A DNA stretch of 64,000 nucleotides. Source: an uncultured virus (IMG/VR IMGVR_UViG_3300025853_000053) (Duplodnaviria > Heunggongvirae > Uroviricota > Caudoviricetes). Each line of letters starts with the position of its first letter. Within the stretch, counting starts at the first letter, position 1. Of this stretch, positions 8,826 through 19,028 are shown piece by piece. Under the pieces are notes generated by a model that was not told where the DNA came from, ran no database searches, and saw only the letters and a list, made by a program, of their open reading frames with translations. The DNA is taken from positions 1 to 64,000 of IMG/VR virus record IMGVR_UViG_3300025853_000053. The stretch is one strand, 5' to 3'. The position numbers and the translations under genes are program-made.

Positions 8826-9941
8826 CTATATATCCTCAGAGATCTTTCTTATTTCCCTCTTGGATCTTGCTAATGCACTACCTATAACATGGTGCATATC
8901 ATAGTACTTATACTCTGCTAAACGCCCTCCAAAAATATATTTGTCTGAAATCTGTTCAGCAAGTTTTTTATACCTACCATATATCTCCTTGTTTTTGTCG
9001 TCAGAGACTGGATAGAATCTTTCCTTACCAACCTCCCACTCTGCTGGATATTCCTTAGTAATAACAGTTTTATCTGTCTTAGTCCAATCAAAGTGCTTGT
9101 GCTCACATATTCTAGTCCAAGGTATTTCAGCCTCCGTATAGTTCACAATTGCATTGCCCTGATAATCCTCTATATCCAACACCGATGTTTCAAAGTCTAG
9201 ACTTCTGTATTCTAGCACCCCCTCGGAGAATTCAAAAAATTCATCTATGGGGCCGGTAAAAACTATCTTATGTGCCTGGGATTCCCAGTATTCTCTTTCC
9301 TGGAGGAAATCCACACCAAACCTTACTTCAACGTCTCCTTGAATGTTCTCTATCATCTTGGTATATCCACCTATAGGAATTCCCTGATATCGATCAAAGA
9401 AATAATTCTCGTCGTAGGTTAATCTGATTGGAAGTCTCCTGATTATAAATGATGGAAGTTCCTTAGGATCCCTGCCCCATTGCTTTGTTGTATATCCTTT
9501 TATGAATGTTTCATAAATTTCCTCACCAACCTCATTTAAAACCCATTCTTCAAGATTGGATGGGTTCTTGATTTTTACCTTTACCTCATCGAGTTTTTTT
9601 CTGGCTTCCTCTGGGGTTGATACACCAAATAGCTGGTGAAGTGTCATTAGGTTTATTGGGAATGAATACATTCTATTCCCATGCCTTACCTTGGGTTTGT
9701 TTACGTAATTGTTGAACTCTGCAAATCTGTTTACGTATTCCCAAATACCCTTGTCCGAGGTATGAAAAATGTGTGGGCCGTATTTGTGGACCTCTATTCC
9801 CTCAACATTCTCTGTGTAGCAATTTCCACCATTGTGGTCTCTCCTTTCGAGGATAATGCATTTCTTGCCTGCCTCAGTTGCTTGTTGTGCAAATACACTA
9901 CCGAAGAGACCTGATCCAACAATAATATAATCGAAGGTCAT
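8826..9941 (-). CDS. glf: UDP-galactopyranose mutase
   Basis: IVGSGLFG, HKYGPHIFHT, GYTTKQWG, YQGIPIGGY, TRICEHKHF, GRLAEYKYYDM. Confidence 0.95.
   Translation of the reverse strand: MTFDYIIVGSGLFGSVFAQQATEAGKKCIILERRDHNGGNCYTENVEGIEVHKYGPHIFHTSDKGIWEYVNRFAEFNNYVNKPKVRHGNRMYSFPINLMTLHQLFGVSTPEEARKKLDEVKVKIKNPSNLEEWVLNEVGEEIYETFIKGYTTKQWGRDPKELPSFIIRRLPIRLTYDENYFFDRYQGIPIGGYTKMIENIQGDVEVRFGVDFLQEREYWESQAHKIVFTGPIDEFFEFSEGVLEYRSLDFETSVLDIEDYQGNAIVNYTEAEIPWTRICEHKHFDWTKTDKTVITKEYPAEWEVGKERFYPVSDDKNKEIYGRYKKLAEQISDKYIFGGRLAEYKYYDMHHVIGSALARSKREIRKISEDI
8827..8834 (-). promoter_or_regulatory. GATATATA late-promoter-like box
   Basis: Upstream of rimK; overlaps the last codons and stop of glf. Confidence 0.65.
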
Positions 9942-9942
9942 A

Positions 9943-10476
9943 TTAAATTTCCTCGTCGCTTCTTATCCCCCAAAAATAGAGATCGTTTGGGTCCTCGTTT
10001 GTTGAAAACCCAAATTGGGAAAACATCCTACTCAGGGGTAGATGATTGGTAAAATCATTTACGTTTAAATTCCGATAATAATCAGTAGTAAATGGACTAT
10101 CCCAAGGGTTAGACCTATTAGTCCCATGCTCTGGTCTGCCGTCCCGGGCACAGCTAAACGTAACCAAACCACCAGGCTTAGTTAGCCTTACCATTTGGGT
10201 AAAAGTCAAAGACCAAAACTCGTCGTGCTCAAAACACTCACTTGAAATTGAAACATCAAACTTTTTACCAGGATTAAATAGATGTCCCTTTGATACAACA
10301 TCCACGTTGTTACCCTCTCCGATATCAACGCCTATATAATTGGAATTGCTGAAAAGGTATCTATTATTTCCGTTTAGATCCATAGATCCGATATCAACTA
10401 CATCAACATTATCAAATTTATCGGGGAAGTTCTTTCTTACACCAATAAAAAAATCAATTTGTTCTTTATGAGCCAT
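9943..10476 (-). CDS. class I SAM-dependent methyltransferase
   Basis: VVDIGSMDLNG, YIGVDI, SSECFEHD, LTKPGG. Confidence 0.85.
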   Translation of the reverse strand: MAHKEQIDFFIGVRKNFPDKFDNVDVVDIGSMDLNGNNRYLFSNSNYIGVDIGEGNNVDVVSKGHLFNPGKKFDVSISSECFEHDEFWSLTFTQMVRLTKPGGLVTFSCARDGRPEHGTNRSNPWDSPFTTDYYRNLNVNDFTNHLPLSRMFSQFGFSTNEDPNDLYFWGIRSDEEI

Positions 10477-10479
10477 TCT

Positions 10480-11259
10480 TTAATTTTTTCTATAGAAGGT
10501 TAGTGCCAATAAATCCTCAATATCATTTTTATTGGCATTATCAAATTCATCCCAGGTACGGTAATACTCTGGGCTTCCCTGCTGTAAATCTGATCTTCCT
10601 CTATCGATCTTTTTCCGATATTCATCCCGGGTCTTAGAGAAATAGTGATTTATCTGTGCTATTTCAGTATCCCCCCTTTGATTATAAGGACCTTCAGTTC
10701 TTAATCCCTCTGGTGAAATACCATCATAATAATAAAAGTGAGGATTAACAAAATATCCCGGTGATATCCCCGGGCTCATCTTTACTATAGATTTGATTGT
10801 GTTCTCACACCCAATCTGCCTCTTTGTGAATCTTTCTAACACCCCGGTAGTTCCCTCTGGAAATTCAGATATCCCGTTATCACCAAAGAAAACCCAGTTT
10901 ATTCCAATTTGATTTGTCTCGAATTGGTTAGATATATCAAATACAAAATCCTTAACACCCTGATGCTTTTTGAGAACCAAAAATTCATCAACATCAAAAA
11001 AAGCTGCCCAATCGTATTGGTCTGAATGATTTTCTAGGAAATGCCGATAGGACTTCATGTGCATCCCATCTCCGTTAATTTCTATAGTTTTTACCCTCTC
11101 GTTGTTACTGGAATATTCCCAGTCGTTTAGATAAAGATGTATCTGGTCAAACCCAAGCTTGAGGTTGTATTCTATCCATTCCCCTATATAGGGATCTTCG
11201 TCCTTTGCCATCGCGACAAGAGCTATTCTCATTCCAGCCATTCTTCTAATTTTTAACAC
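10480..11259 (-). CDS. glycosyltransferase (GT2/GT92-like, GT-A fold)
   Basis: AMAKDEDPYIGEWIEY, WAAFFDVDEFL (DxD), INHYFSKT. Confidence 0.85.
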   Translation of the reverse strand: MLKIRRMAGMRIALVAMAKDEDPYIGEWIEYNLKLGFDQIHLYLNDWEYSSNNERVKTIEINGDGMHMKSYRHFLENHSDQYDWAAFFDVDEFLVLKKHQGVKDFVFDISNQFETNQIGINWVFFGDNGISEFPEGTTGVLERFTKRQIGCENTIKSIVKMSPGISPGYFVNPHFYYYDGISPEGLRTEGPYNQRGDTEIAQINHYFSKTRDEYRKKIDRGRSDLQQGSPEYYRTWDEFDNANKNDIEDLLALTFYRKN

Positions 11260-11527
11260 TCATGCTTGGAGGAATCCCTGAAGAAAGATGATCAACTTCC
11301 AAAGCGTCGTAGATTGACTTTAGACTTTTACATTTTTCAAACTCGTCTTCTAGTTCCAAGAAATCAATTAATTCACGTATTCTTTCGCACTTAAATGCTG
11401 TTGAGAAATATTTATCCATAATAAAGGCAACTCTGTGCTTCATTATCATAGAATAATTCTCATACATGAATTCTCGATACTCTTCAAACCCCTCGTCAAA
11501 GAGATGCTCTGTTAAGGGATCTATCAT
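11246..11527 (-). CDS. hypothetical protein with UVR-like motif
   Basis: FLELEDEFEKCKSL. Confidence 0.6.
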   Translation of the reverse strand: MIDPLTEHLFDEGFEEYREFMYENYSMIMKHRVAFIMDKYFSTAFKCERIRELIDFLELEDEFEKCKSLKSIYDALEVDHLSSGIPPSMSVKN

Positions 11528-11925
11528 TCCTTATCGATATTTCTAAGTCTTAACCAGTTCTTGATACTCAATATAGCGGTGGTTAGAATAACCATACCTC
11601 CAATAAAGAATAAACCGTCGAATTCATTATAATCAGACATAAGATATGTGAGTTCGACCAAACCAATCATATAGCCAAACCACATTATCAACCATATAAT
11701 ATCAGGGATTCTTTTAACTTTCTTTTCGACCTTTTCTACTTTTTCATCATGAACCACTCTTGATAGGGCATCCTGTAGGTCCTTACCATAGGCAGGTACC
11801 TTACTTATTTTGCCATCTTCTGATAATATGGTTACCTCATATTTAAGCCACTCTGGAAAGGACTCTGAGGTTTTTCTATATTCTGCGTGAATTGCTTTCT
11901 TTTTATTTTTCTTTTTCTTTTTCAT
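11524..11925 (-). CDS. hypothetical membrane protein
   Basis: Two C-terminal hydrophobic segments; overlaps both neighbours. Confidence 0.7.
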   Translation of the reverse strand: MKKKKKNKKKAIHAEYRKTSESFPEWLKYEVTILSEDGKISKVPAYGKDLQDALSRVVHDEKVEKVEKKVKRIPDIIWLIMWFGYMIGLVELTYLMSDYNEFDGLFFIGGMVILTTAILSIKNWLRLRNIDKE

Positions 11926-12091
11926 GGTATTTTTGGTCTAATGATTTGAGATATTCGAGAGATTCTGATGAACCTATAAGTGCATCCGGTGAATAAAGGT
12001 AAACACGTAGGAACGTTCGATCATCCTCATATCTTTCTCTAATTGCTTTTAGAGAGGAGAGGTCCGGTAAAAATTTCTTATTAAATCCCAT
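11903..12091 (-). CDS. hypothetical protein
   Basis: MGFNKKFLP; abuts the polymerase gene. Confidence 0.6.
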   Translation of the reverse strand: MGFNKKFLPDLSSLKAIRERYEDDRTFLRVYLYSPDALIGSSESLEYLKSLDQKYHEKEKEK

Positions 12092-13237
12092 TTAGAATAG
12101 TGTGTTAATCATAAAGAGGTTGGGTGATATTGGATTGTGCCCCATCACCTCTATGAATCGGTTGATTGGGTCTAAGATTGTTTTGGTAAACTGCTGATCA
12201 AAATCTATAGGGGGTGCAAATTCATAAGGGTGTGTTCCTTGAGAATAAGCAAAAACGTTATTGTCACCTGGATTTTTAACCTTAACAAAATAAAATCTTA
12301 CTTTTTCTCCTCCTCCAATAAGTGGATACTTGTCCTTGTACTTAGTTGAATTTAGCAAGAAGTTGTGATAAGCAGATGCTCTAACATGAATTGGGCAGCC
12401 TTTGGCAACCTCGAGTGCAGTAGTATCGTTTAAAACAAACTTTTGGTAATTGTTGACGTTCACGGCAACCGAGATGTTTTCAGGTTCCTGTGCTTTGAAG
12501 TCTTTTTTGATAGCCTTTAATTCCTGAACAAACTCCCTAAGTTCAAACCCACCACCTTTGCTAAAAATAAACTTAGTCAAGTAAATAAGCTTTTCCCTTA
12601 CAAAAGATGGGGTTCCACCTTTTACCATCTCAACCCCAGTGGTTTTAATTGAGCTTAGAGGCTCTGAATGTACACCATCAGAATAAACAATGTTCGTAAC
12701 ATACTTTTTCTTACCAAGGAAAATACCGTTGATCGAAAGGGTTTCCATCTCAAAATCTTGATAATTATCTGTGCCCCATTTTTCAGCATAGATATCAAAA
12801 CACTTTTTGAGATATCCAACCAACCGGTGTTCGTTAATTGCAAGAATTAAATCCTTATCATTACCCTTCCAGCCTTCACAGGAAGCAACTACCTCCTGGA
12901 AAGTAACATAGTTAGAATCTGTATCCCCATACACCACCATTGGTTTGTGTATCTTTTTGACGTTAGTAAGACCGAGCTTGTCGTGTAACTCTTTGTCTTT
13001 GTGCCAAAATTCGTGGAAGTACTTATGCAAAATTTTCTCTGAGTGCTTGATCAAATCCTGCCCCTGCAAAGTCACAGCCTCAGCAACCTCAGGATTGAAG
13101 CAGACGAACCAACTATTACCAATCGCTCCGTAGATGGAGTTCATAGTTAACTTAATAGCTTGTTCTTCGTTTTTGAGCTCGTTTTTTAAAGCAGTGAGCT
13201 TTTCAATTTTTTCCTTAAGGTCTTGTACTTCAGACAT
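12092..13237 (-). CDS. family B DNA polymerase, C-terminal subunit (gp43B-like)
   Basis: Motif B QAIKLTMNSIYG, motif C YGDTDS, KKKY, KTTGVEMVKG; no exonuclease or motif A; clamp-binding-like tail MINTLF. Confidence 0.9.
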   Translation of the reverse strand: MSEVQDLKEKIEKLTALKNELKNEEQAIKLTMNSIYGAIGNSWFVCFNPEVAEAVTLQGQDLIKHSEKILHKYFHEFWHKDKELHDKLGLTNVKKIHKPMVVYGDTDSNYVTFQEVVASCEGWKGNDKDLILAINEHRLVGYLKKCFDIYAEKWGTDNYQDFEMETLSINGIFLGKKKYVTNIVYSDGVHSEPLSSIKTTGVEMVKGGTPSFVREKLIYLTKFIFSKGGGFELREFVQELKAIKKDFKAQEPENISVAVNVNNYQKFVLNDTTALEVAKGCPIHVRASAYHNFLLNSTKYKDKYPLIGGGEKVRFYFVKVKNPGDNNVFAYSQGTHPYEFAPPIDFDQQFTKTILDPINRFIEVMGHNPISPNLFMINTLF

Positions 13238-13239
13238 TT

Positions 13240-14001
13240 TTATTTTTCTATAATTCCTACTGCAGTTGAAGTGTCTGTTTGCTCAGAGAAGAAAACAATT
13301 CTATTTTCGTGAACATAACAGGAGGAGGACTCAGCATCTACGTAATTAAGATGAGATTTATAGATAGAAGACTCGAGTGGATCTTGGACCTCAATCTCGG
13401 ATGGGCCTATGTTTAATTTATAATCGAATGAATCCCCGTTAATTTTTACCTGCTCTTTATTAACTCGATACACAAGCAATTCTTCGGAATTAGATTCCAA
13501 TCCACAAAGAGACATTACGGACGAAAAATCGGAATTATAAATCTTGAAGTTAGATAATGCATCTTCTTGGGAATGAACCATGCTCAAAATAGTATCTTCT
13601 ACATAAGAAAGCAAGGATAGGTCTGCACATCTTATTTTGATTTTCAAGGAAGGAGAAACGACTTGCATTTCAGAGGCAACACATTCACCATCTACCTCAT
13701 TAATATTTAGATCCAAATGTATATCTTCTTCAGGGCGGAAGTGCTTGAAGCAATCCATCAGTTTGGTAACATCAATTAAACCAATCTTAATACGATCACA
13801 TCCTAGATCATCAAACCCAGGTACATCTTCGAAAACTTGACTGATATCAACAGACGAGTATTTCATTACTGATTTATCAGGAGTGTGGACCTTACAGAAC
13901 AACTTTTCCTCATTTAGCTCTAAAAGAACACTCTTATCAACAACCTTTAGCTTCTTGAGGAAAGCTATTAGATTATTCGTGCTTGTAACCCTAATCTTCA
14001 T
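13240..14001 (-). CDS. probable sliding clamp (gp45/PCNA-like)
   Basis: 253 aa, acidic; N-terminal strand-helix-strands pattern like gp45; directly upstream of the polymerase subunit. Confidence 0.55.
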   Translation of the reverse strand: MKIRVTSTNNLIAFLKKLKVVDKSVLLELNEEKLFCKVHTPDKSVMKYSSVDISQVFEDVPGFDDLGCDRIKIGLIDVTKLMDCFKHFRPEEDIHLDLNINEVDGECVASEMQVVSPSLKIKIRCADLSLLSYVEDTILSMVHSQEDALSNFKIYNSDFSSVMSLCGLESNSEELLVYRVNKEQVKINGDSFDYKLNIGPSEIEVQDPLESSIYKSHLNYVDAESSSCYVHENRIVFFSEQTDTSTAVGIIEK

Positions 14002-14023
14002 TTCTTACGTTTTAACTTTATTC

Positions 14024-14051
14024 TTCTATAGAGATAAAACGAATTGTTTTC
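14024..14051 (-). promoter_or_regulatory. bipartite promoter-like motif GAAAA-N18-TAGAA
   Basis: Between a terminator and the clamp/polymerase operon; the motif recurs with the same spacing. Confidence 0.5.
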
Positions 14052-14060
14052 GTCTATCAC

Positions 14061-14090
14061 AAAAAAAATCCTAGCGTTTAGCTAGGATTT
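14061..14090 (-). terminator. intrinsic terminator
   Basis: aaatcctagc-gttta-gctaggattt stem followed by a U-run on the minus strand. Confidence 0.8.
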
Positions 14091-14112
14091 CTAAATGTCT
14101 ATCTAGAATAAC

Positions 14113-15093
14113 CTACATGGTAGATTTTATTGTATCTATGATAATTCTCTTGTCCACCGGATTAAGGGTTTTAGCCCATTTTCTAACGCTTTGTACATCG
14201 GTTGGGTAAGTTTGGGAATCTCCGCTAAAGTCTGATTTTCCCTCTTTATCATCACTATCAGATTGGCTTAAGGAGCCACTCTGTTTGGATTTTTCAGCGT
14301 CAAAAGCTTTATCGGCAAAAGAATTAAGGTCCTTAACCACCCTATCTACGCCTTGTTTAGCTTCTTTAGAAATATCCTTGGTGGGGATTTTATCTAAATT
14401 CCCCTTAATGTCCTCTTTCTTACCAATACCAAAATCGATTTTAGATCCATTAATATTGCTATTAAGGTCACTTGCCAAAGCAAGTATTAGATCATTATTT
14501 AGGGTTACCTTTTCGTTGTTGAATAGTTGGGAAAATCCATTACCAATCATTTCATAAAAAAGCTTAACCTGATCTCCAATGTCTTTTTTATACCCAGCAT
14601 ACGAGCTAGAGTCTGAAAGGGTATCTCCCAGACCCGACATAACTTCATCATAAGTTGTGTCTTGATCTAGGATAGTAAATTTTGATATTAAACCTCTTTC
14701 AATCTTACTAAATTCGTTCCATACTTGAGGCCAAGCTTCTTTCCAGAATGACTCTGGAGAAGCACTTTTATTTTCTATTACATTTTTACCTTCGAACTCA
14801 ACAGTAGGTAAAATATATGCTATTAGGGTTGGTAAAACCTTTTTTGAAATTCGATTGAAAGCCGCGTTAAAAATCGCACGGTCAGATTTTTTTTCGATAT
14901 TTCCTGAAGAAATCTCTTTAATGTTTTCAAGCCATGCATCAACTAAAGAAATAGCAATATCATACGGTTTGATGGATTCACCATTAATCTCAATCTCCTT
15001 ATCTAAGGGTAAGCCAGATCCGGACCAATTAACATTTAATGCTTCGTCAAGGGAAAGAAAGTACCTTTTAGAAAAGCTATGTATGTTTTCCAT
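14113..15093 (-). CDS. hypothetical protein, putative head-packaged
   Basis: Starts MENIHSFSKRYFLSLDE; GATATATA at 15111-15118; own terminator. Confidence 0.7.
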   Translation of the reverse strand: MENIHSFSKRYFLSLDEALNVNWSGSGLPLDKEIEINGESIKPYDIAISLVDAWLENIKEISSGNIEKKSDRAIFNAAFNRISKKVLPTLIAYILPTVEFEGKNVIENKSASPESFWKEAWPQVWNEFSKIERGLISKFTILDQDTTYDEVMSGLGDTLSDSSSYAGYKKDIGDQVKLFYEMIGNGFSQLFNNEKVTLNNDLILALASDLNSNINGSKIDFGIGKKEDIKGNLDKIPTKDISKEAKQGVDRVVKDLNSFADKAFDAEKSKQSGSLSQSDSDDKEGKSDFSGDSQTYPTDVQSVRKWAKTLNPVDKRIIIDTIKSTM

Positions 15094-15109
15094 TAGGAAG
15101 ATTTTTAGC

Positions 15110-16486
15110 TTATATATCTTCCTCGTCCTCCTCTTCTAGATCAAAAATCTCAATCTCGGGGTCAATAGAAATGCTCTTAGGTACTATTGATTTAGGAATA
15201 AGTGATGCAGATTTGTTTTTCTTTAAGGCATCAGTAACCTTTTTAACAATCTGTTTCTGCTTTGTGATTGCTTTTTTAGTTTCTTGGATACGCTTTTTGA
15301 TGTCCTTAATCATATTTTCGGTTTCCTTAATATGATCAGATGAAAGCTTCACTATCTGTATTTGAGAAAGTCTGGATGATATCCATTTAGCAAATTTATT
15401 GAGAAATTCTACAATCTCCTTATTTTGCCTTTTCTTTTGACTCATGAAGATAAGGAACTTAAGTTTTGCCTCGAGAAATTCCAGATCAAGCTTAAGGTCT
15501 ACCTCATCCTTCATTAACCTCTTAAGTCGAACATTTTCTAAATGGACCTTAAAAGAATCTAGATATGACTTTACAGAATCGAACTGAGCTACAGAGCCAT
15601 CTTTAATGAACACAACATTTTCCCTGACAACTATTTGGGTCTGTTTCTTAATGACATCCACTGCATCTTTAAATTCCTTTGGAGAAACCTTTTTTAGTGA
15701 TATGCCAATGTCACACTTACTTTGCGAGTTGTTTTGCATATAGTATTCATACCCATATGCTTCGAGTTTAGTCAGAAGTTTTTTCATGAAAGACTCGTAC
15801 CTCATAATTGGAGGAAGATCGAATATCCTGATCGTCTTTTTCCTTTCATTTATTTCAAATCCACTCTCTATGATCCAGGAATCATCGGAATCTAGTTTAT
15901 AGATTTTACCAGAAAAGTCTTTAAAATATGGTTTAAGAAGTTTGTTTTTCCCCTCCAAATATTCTACAATATCCTCAACCTTACGTGGCAAGATGTTGCT
16001 TCGATATCCTACAGCAATCCCTACTATGTGAGTTAAGAGACCAATTGGTATTTCCAAATGAAGCCAATCGTGACCACCTTCCTCATTTTTTTCATTAAGG
16101 TCTTTGTGCTTTTCTACAATATCCTTAATGTTCCTATTAATCTTAACTGCAGTGTATCTCGGGGCAGAAGGGTTAGGGTTAACAGGGGAACCGAAGAATC
16201 CATCACCCTCTAAAATTTCAAAGGAACAACCAAAGGGTCTAGCTAATTTGGAAATTGCACCAGCTAAAGAAGAATCTCCGTGATGGTATAGACCAGTACG
16301 GATAACTTCCCCAACAAGCCCAATTGTCTTATTAAAAGAATTTGGACTGTTTTCAATAATGATCCTTTGTACTGGAGTTAAGGAATCATAAAAGTTAGGA
16401 ATTCCTCTTGATTGTAAGACATAAAGGGCATAATCCCTATATTTCTCATTTATCTGTTCTGTAATAGTTAATGTATTCGCCACCAA
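15110..16486 (-). CDS. type IIA topoisomerase, GyrA/ParC/gp52-like subunit
   Basis: YRDYALY, RGIP..YDSLTPVQR, YHHGDSS, GDGFFGS, SAPRYT (catalytic Tyr), GIAVGY. Confidence 0.9.
   Translation of the reverse strand: MVANTLTITEQINEKYRDYALYVLQSRGIPNFYDSLTPVQRIIIENSPNSFNKTIGLVGEVIRTGLYHHGDSSLAGAISKLARPFGCSFEILEGDGFFGSPVNPNPSAPRYTAVKINRNIKDIVEKHKDLNEKNEEGGHDWLHLEIPIGLLTHIVGIAVGYRSNILPRKVEDIVEYLEGKNKLLKPYFKDFSGKIYKLDSDDSWIIESGFEINERKKTIRIFDLPPIMRYESFMKKLLTKLEAYGYEYYMQNNSQSKCDIGISLKKVSPKEFKDAVDVIKKQTQIVVRENVVFIKDGSVAQFDSVKSYLDSFKVHLENVRLKRLMKDEVDLKLDLEFLEAKLKFLIFMSQKKRQNKEIVEFLNKFAKWISSRLSQIQIVKLSSDHIKETENMIKDIKKRIQETKKAITKQKQIVKKVTDALKKNKSASLIPKSIVPKSISIDPEIEIFDLEEEDEEDI
15111..15118 (-). promoter_or_regulatory. 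GATATATA late-promoter-like box
   Basis: Upstream of 15093; overlaps the topoisomerase stop. Confidence 0.65.
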
Positions 16487-16503
16487 TAATTGATTTACGG
16501 TAG

Positions 16504-16531
16504 TTCTATAATACTGAGGAAAGTTTGTTTC
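16504..16531 (-). promoter_or_regulatory. bipartite promoter-like motif GAAAC-N18-TAGAA
   Basis: Upstream of topoisomerase A subunit. Confidence 0.5.
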
Positions 16532-16538
16532 TAATTAT

Positions 16539-17618
16539 TTAAACATCATCTAGCTGGACAACGGCTAACTTAATAGATCTTTGCCCCTCGCTTTTAAGCT
16601 TATCTATTACCTCCTTGAGATCCCCAGAATTAGCAAAAACGATACAGCCAGCAGAATATGTGTTTACATTCCGTGAGGTTCCTCTTGAACTAGCTCTGTG
16701 TATATTGATGCCGAATTTCCCGGTTTCTGTGTTACCAGGGGAAAAAGTTTTAAAGTCAATTTCTCCAGGCCCATTGACAGGTTCGTAGCGGTCAACAGTA
16801 ATGTTACCGTTCTGTACAAAAGCTGGATATCCGTTGTGCTTTCCTATTTTGTAATCATAGACACCAGGTTGTACAATTGCTAACCCCTTAGGGTTAATAA
16901 TATCTTTTTTGCCGTGTGTCATATACCAGTTCCTAAACTGTTGGACCATAAACATTGGCCCGGGTACAGTGGTTGCCTTGAAAGCCCACACTTTATTATC
17001 CGACTCTGGAGACATTAGTACCAAAGCGTCAATAAAGTGGTTGTGAGATCTTTTCTTTTGGCTCAACTTATTCCTTAGGGCAACTAGTGTATATTTGTCC
17101 TTGTCGATCTTATTCCATTCTCCAGAAGATTCTAAAAATCCCTTGACCTTATTCCAAGTTAAACTATTAATTCCTCTATAGGTGTATGGAGAACTTGGCG
17201 GAAGTAAGGAAGCATTTGGTTCTATTGCTTCAAATGAGTTATCATTACTTCTAGCAATCTCTACGTTTCTTTCAACTCTTTCCCTTTCGGATCTGTTACC
17301 CCTGATATAAGATGCTATTTCATCAGATGTTTGTGGGGAATCTGAAACATTACCAGTCTCTATGTCAGTATTAGCTAATAGCCAATCCTCTAGCCCCCGT
17401 CCAACTTTAGTTGCCATTAAGAGGTCTAATCCGCTTATCTTACCTTTACCAAAAATTGTTCTCTTCTTTTGAGTTCCACCAGAATTTGTGGATTTGGAGG
17501 AAGATGAGGTTGGGGAATAAGCCTGATTAGTAGCTTGTTGTATAAACTCCCCAGCAGTTGAAGCTTCAGCCTCGTCTAATTTTTTCCTGAATTCACCAAA
17601 AGACTTTATCCTTCCCAT
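16539..17618 (-). CDS. putative peptidoglycan-active protein (L,D-transpeptidase/YkuD-like C-terminus)
   Basis: ATTVPG...FGINIHRA...YSAGCIVF (His...SxGC); N-terminal MGRIKSFGEF. Confidence 0.6.
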   Translation of the reverse strand: MGRIKSFGEFRKKLDEAEASTAGEFIQQATNQAYSPTSSSSKSTNSGGTQKKRTIFGKGKISGLDLLMATKVGRGLEDWLLANTDIETGNVSDSPQTSDEIASYIRGNRSERERVERNVEIARSNDNSFEAIEPNASLLPPSSPYTYRGINSLTWNKVKGFLESSGEWNKIDKDKYTLVALRNKLSQKKRSHNHFIDALVLMSPESDNKVWAFKATTVPGPMFMVQQFRNWYMTHGKKDIINPKGLAIVQPGVYDYKIGKHNGYPAFVQNGNITVDRYEPVNGPGEIDFKTFSPGNTETGKFGINIHRASSRGTSRNVNTYSAGCIVFANSGDLKEVIDKLKSEGQRSIKLAVVQLDDV

Positions 17619-17628
17619 AGATTGGAAA

Positions 17629-17645
17629 TATTTATCTTATATATC
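17629..17645 (-). promoter_or_regulatory. tandem GATATATA + GATAAATA boxes
   Basis: Upstream of 17618. Confidence 0.65.
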
Positions 17646-17655
17646 CTATGGAGTG

Positions 17656-18000
17656 TTATTCTTTACCGCTGAAAGAATAAAAGAATACAACCAGACTATT
17701 CAATAGCACACTAACCCCGCTTGAAAGAAATCCATATGCAATGGTAGTAAGAGGATAGGATATCCAAAAATTGTGGGGCTGGGACGAAAGGTCACCCAGA
17801 GGATTATAAATAATTTCGCCGGTTGCTAAAATCCCCAGAATTATGCCAACCCAGAAACCACTACACTGCATACAGGAAAAAAGCTTATGTAATGTAGGAG
17901 CTTTAATAAGAAGGTAGACTCTTAATCGGTCAAAAATAGTTCCATTTACTAGGATGGAGGTGATTGACCAGGCAATTAGTATAAAATATAAATCTTTCAT
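17656..18000 (-). CDS. DUF1360-like membrane protein
   Basis: IFDRLR...LFSCMQCSGFWVG with hydrophobic helices. Confidence 0.65.
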   Translation of the reverse strand: MKDLYFILIAWSITSILVNGTIFDRLRVYLLIKAPTLHKLFSCMQCSGFWVGIILGILATGEIIYNPLGDLSSQPHNFWISYPLTTIAYGFLSSGVSVLLNSLVVFFYSFSGKE

Positions 18001-19019
18001 TAGAAATGATCCTTGTAGTTTTCTATAAATTCTTGCTGATTGGGGGATAAATTTTTAGGTACTTTTATACCAATCTTAACCAATATATCTCCTCGGTAAG
18101 TCGAGTTAAATTCAGGAACCCCCTTACCAGCTAATCTAAAAATCTTTCCGGGTGGTGTTCCAGGTGGAATTGTAATTTTATATTCTCCTCCGGAAACTAG
18201 ATTAGGAATATGGACCTCCTTACCAAGGCATGCTTCTGGGAAAGAAAGATCTACATCACATATCAAATTATACCCATCTCTTCTGAAAAATTCGTGTTTT
18301 TTGTCATAGACATTAACAACAAGATCACCAGGGTCTGATGGGGATTTAGCATGATCTCCTTTTTGAGGAACTCTAAATGTTATACCAGTAACAGATCCCT
18401 TTGGAATCTGAATTTCAATCTGGTCTGGCTTTCTAACAACCCCTGCTCCTCCACAGGTTTTACACATTGACTTTGGAATCTTTCCTGTGCCTTCACATGC
18501 ATAACAGGTTTCATCCATTGCCATTTGGCCAAAATTGGTATTTACTATTCGTCTTTTAACACCCATTCCAGCACAGACATGGCAGGTATCAAGTTCCGAG
18601 TTATGTGCACCAGTTCCTTTACAATCAGAACATTGCATCTTCCTGTAAAGGTTAGCGTTCTTCTTAGTCCCATTGAGAACCTCTTCTAAGGTAATTTCAA
18701 CTTTTGCGTTGATGTTGTTACCTTTTTTGATAACATCACCCTCATAGAAATTACTACCTCTAAAACCCCCGAAATCACCACCAAAGGGATTTCTACCAAA
18801 ACCTCCAAAGGGATTTGGATTATCATATTTAGATTTCTTTTCGGGATTACTGAGTGTATCGTAAGCCTCAGCTATTTCTTTGAACTTTTTCTCAGATTCC
18901 GGATCACCACCTGATTTATCTGGGTGATATTTCAGGGCTAATTTTCGATAAGCCTTCTTTATCTCCTCAGGAGTAGAATTCCTATTTACTCCAAGTATAT
19001 TGTAATAATCTGGCTTCAT
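18000..19019 (-). CDS. dnaJ: DnaJ chaperone
   Basis: J domain with HPD, G/F region, four CxxCxGxG repeats, C-terminal domain. Confidence 0.95.
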   Translation of the reverse strand: MKPDYYNILGVNRNSTPEEIKKAYRKLALKYHPDKSGGDPESEKKFKEIAEAYDTLSNPEKKSKYDNPNPFGGFGRNPFGGDFGGFRGSNFYEGDVIKKGNNINAKVEITLEEVLNGTKKNANLYRKMQCSDCKGTGAHNSELDTCHVCAGMGVKRRIVNTNFGQMAMDETCYACEGTGKIPKSMCKTCGGAGVVRKPDQIEIQIPKGSVTGITFRVPQKGDHAKSPSDPGDLVVNVYDKKHEFFRRDGYNLICDVDLSFPEACLGKEVHIPNLVSGGEYKITIPPGTPPGKIFRLAGKGVPEFNSTYRGDILVKIGIKVPKNLSPNQQEFIENYKDHF

Positions 19020-19028
19020 GTATTATCC

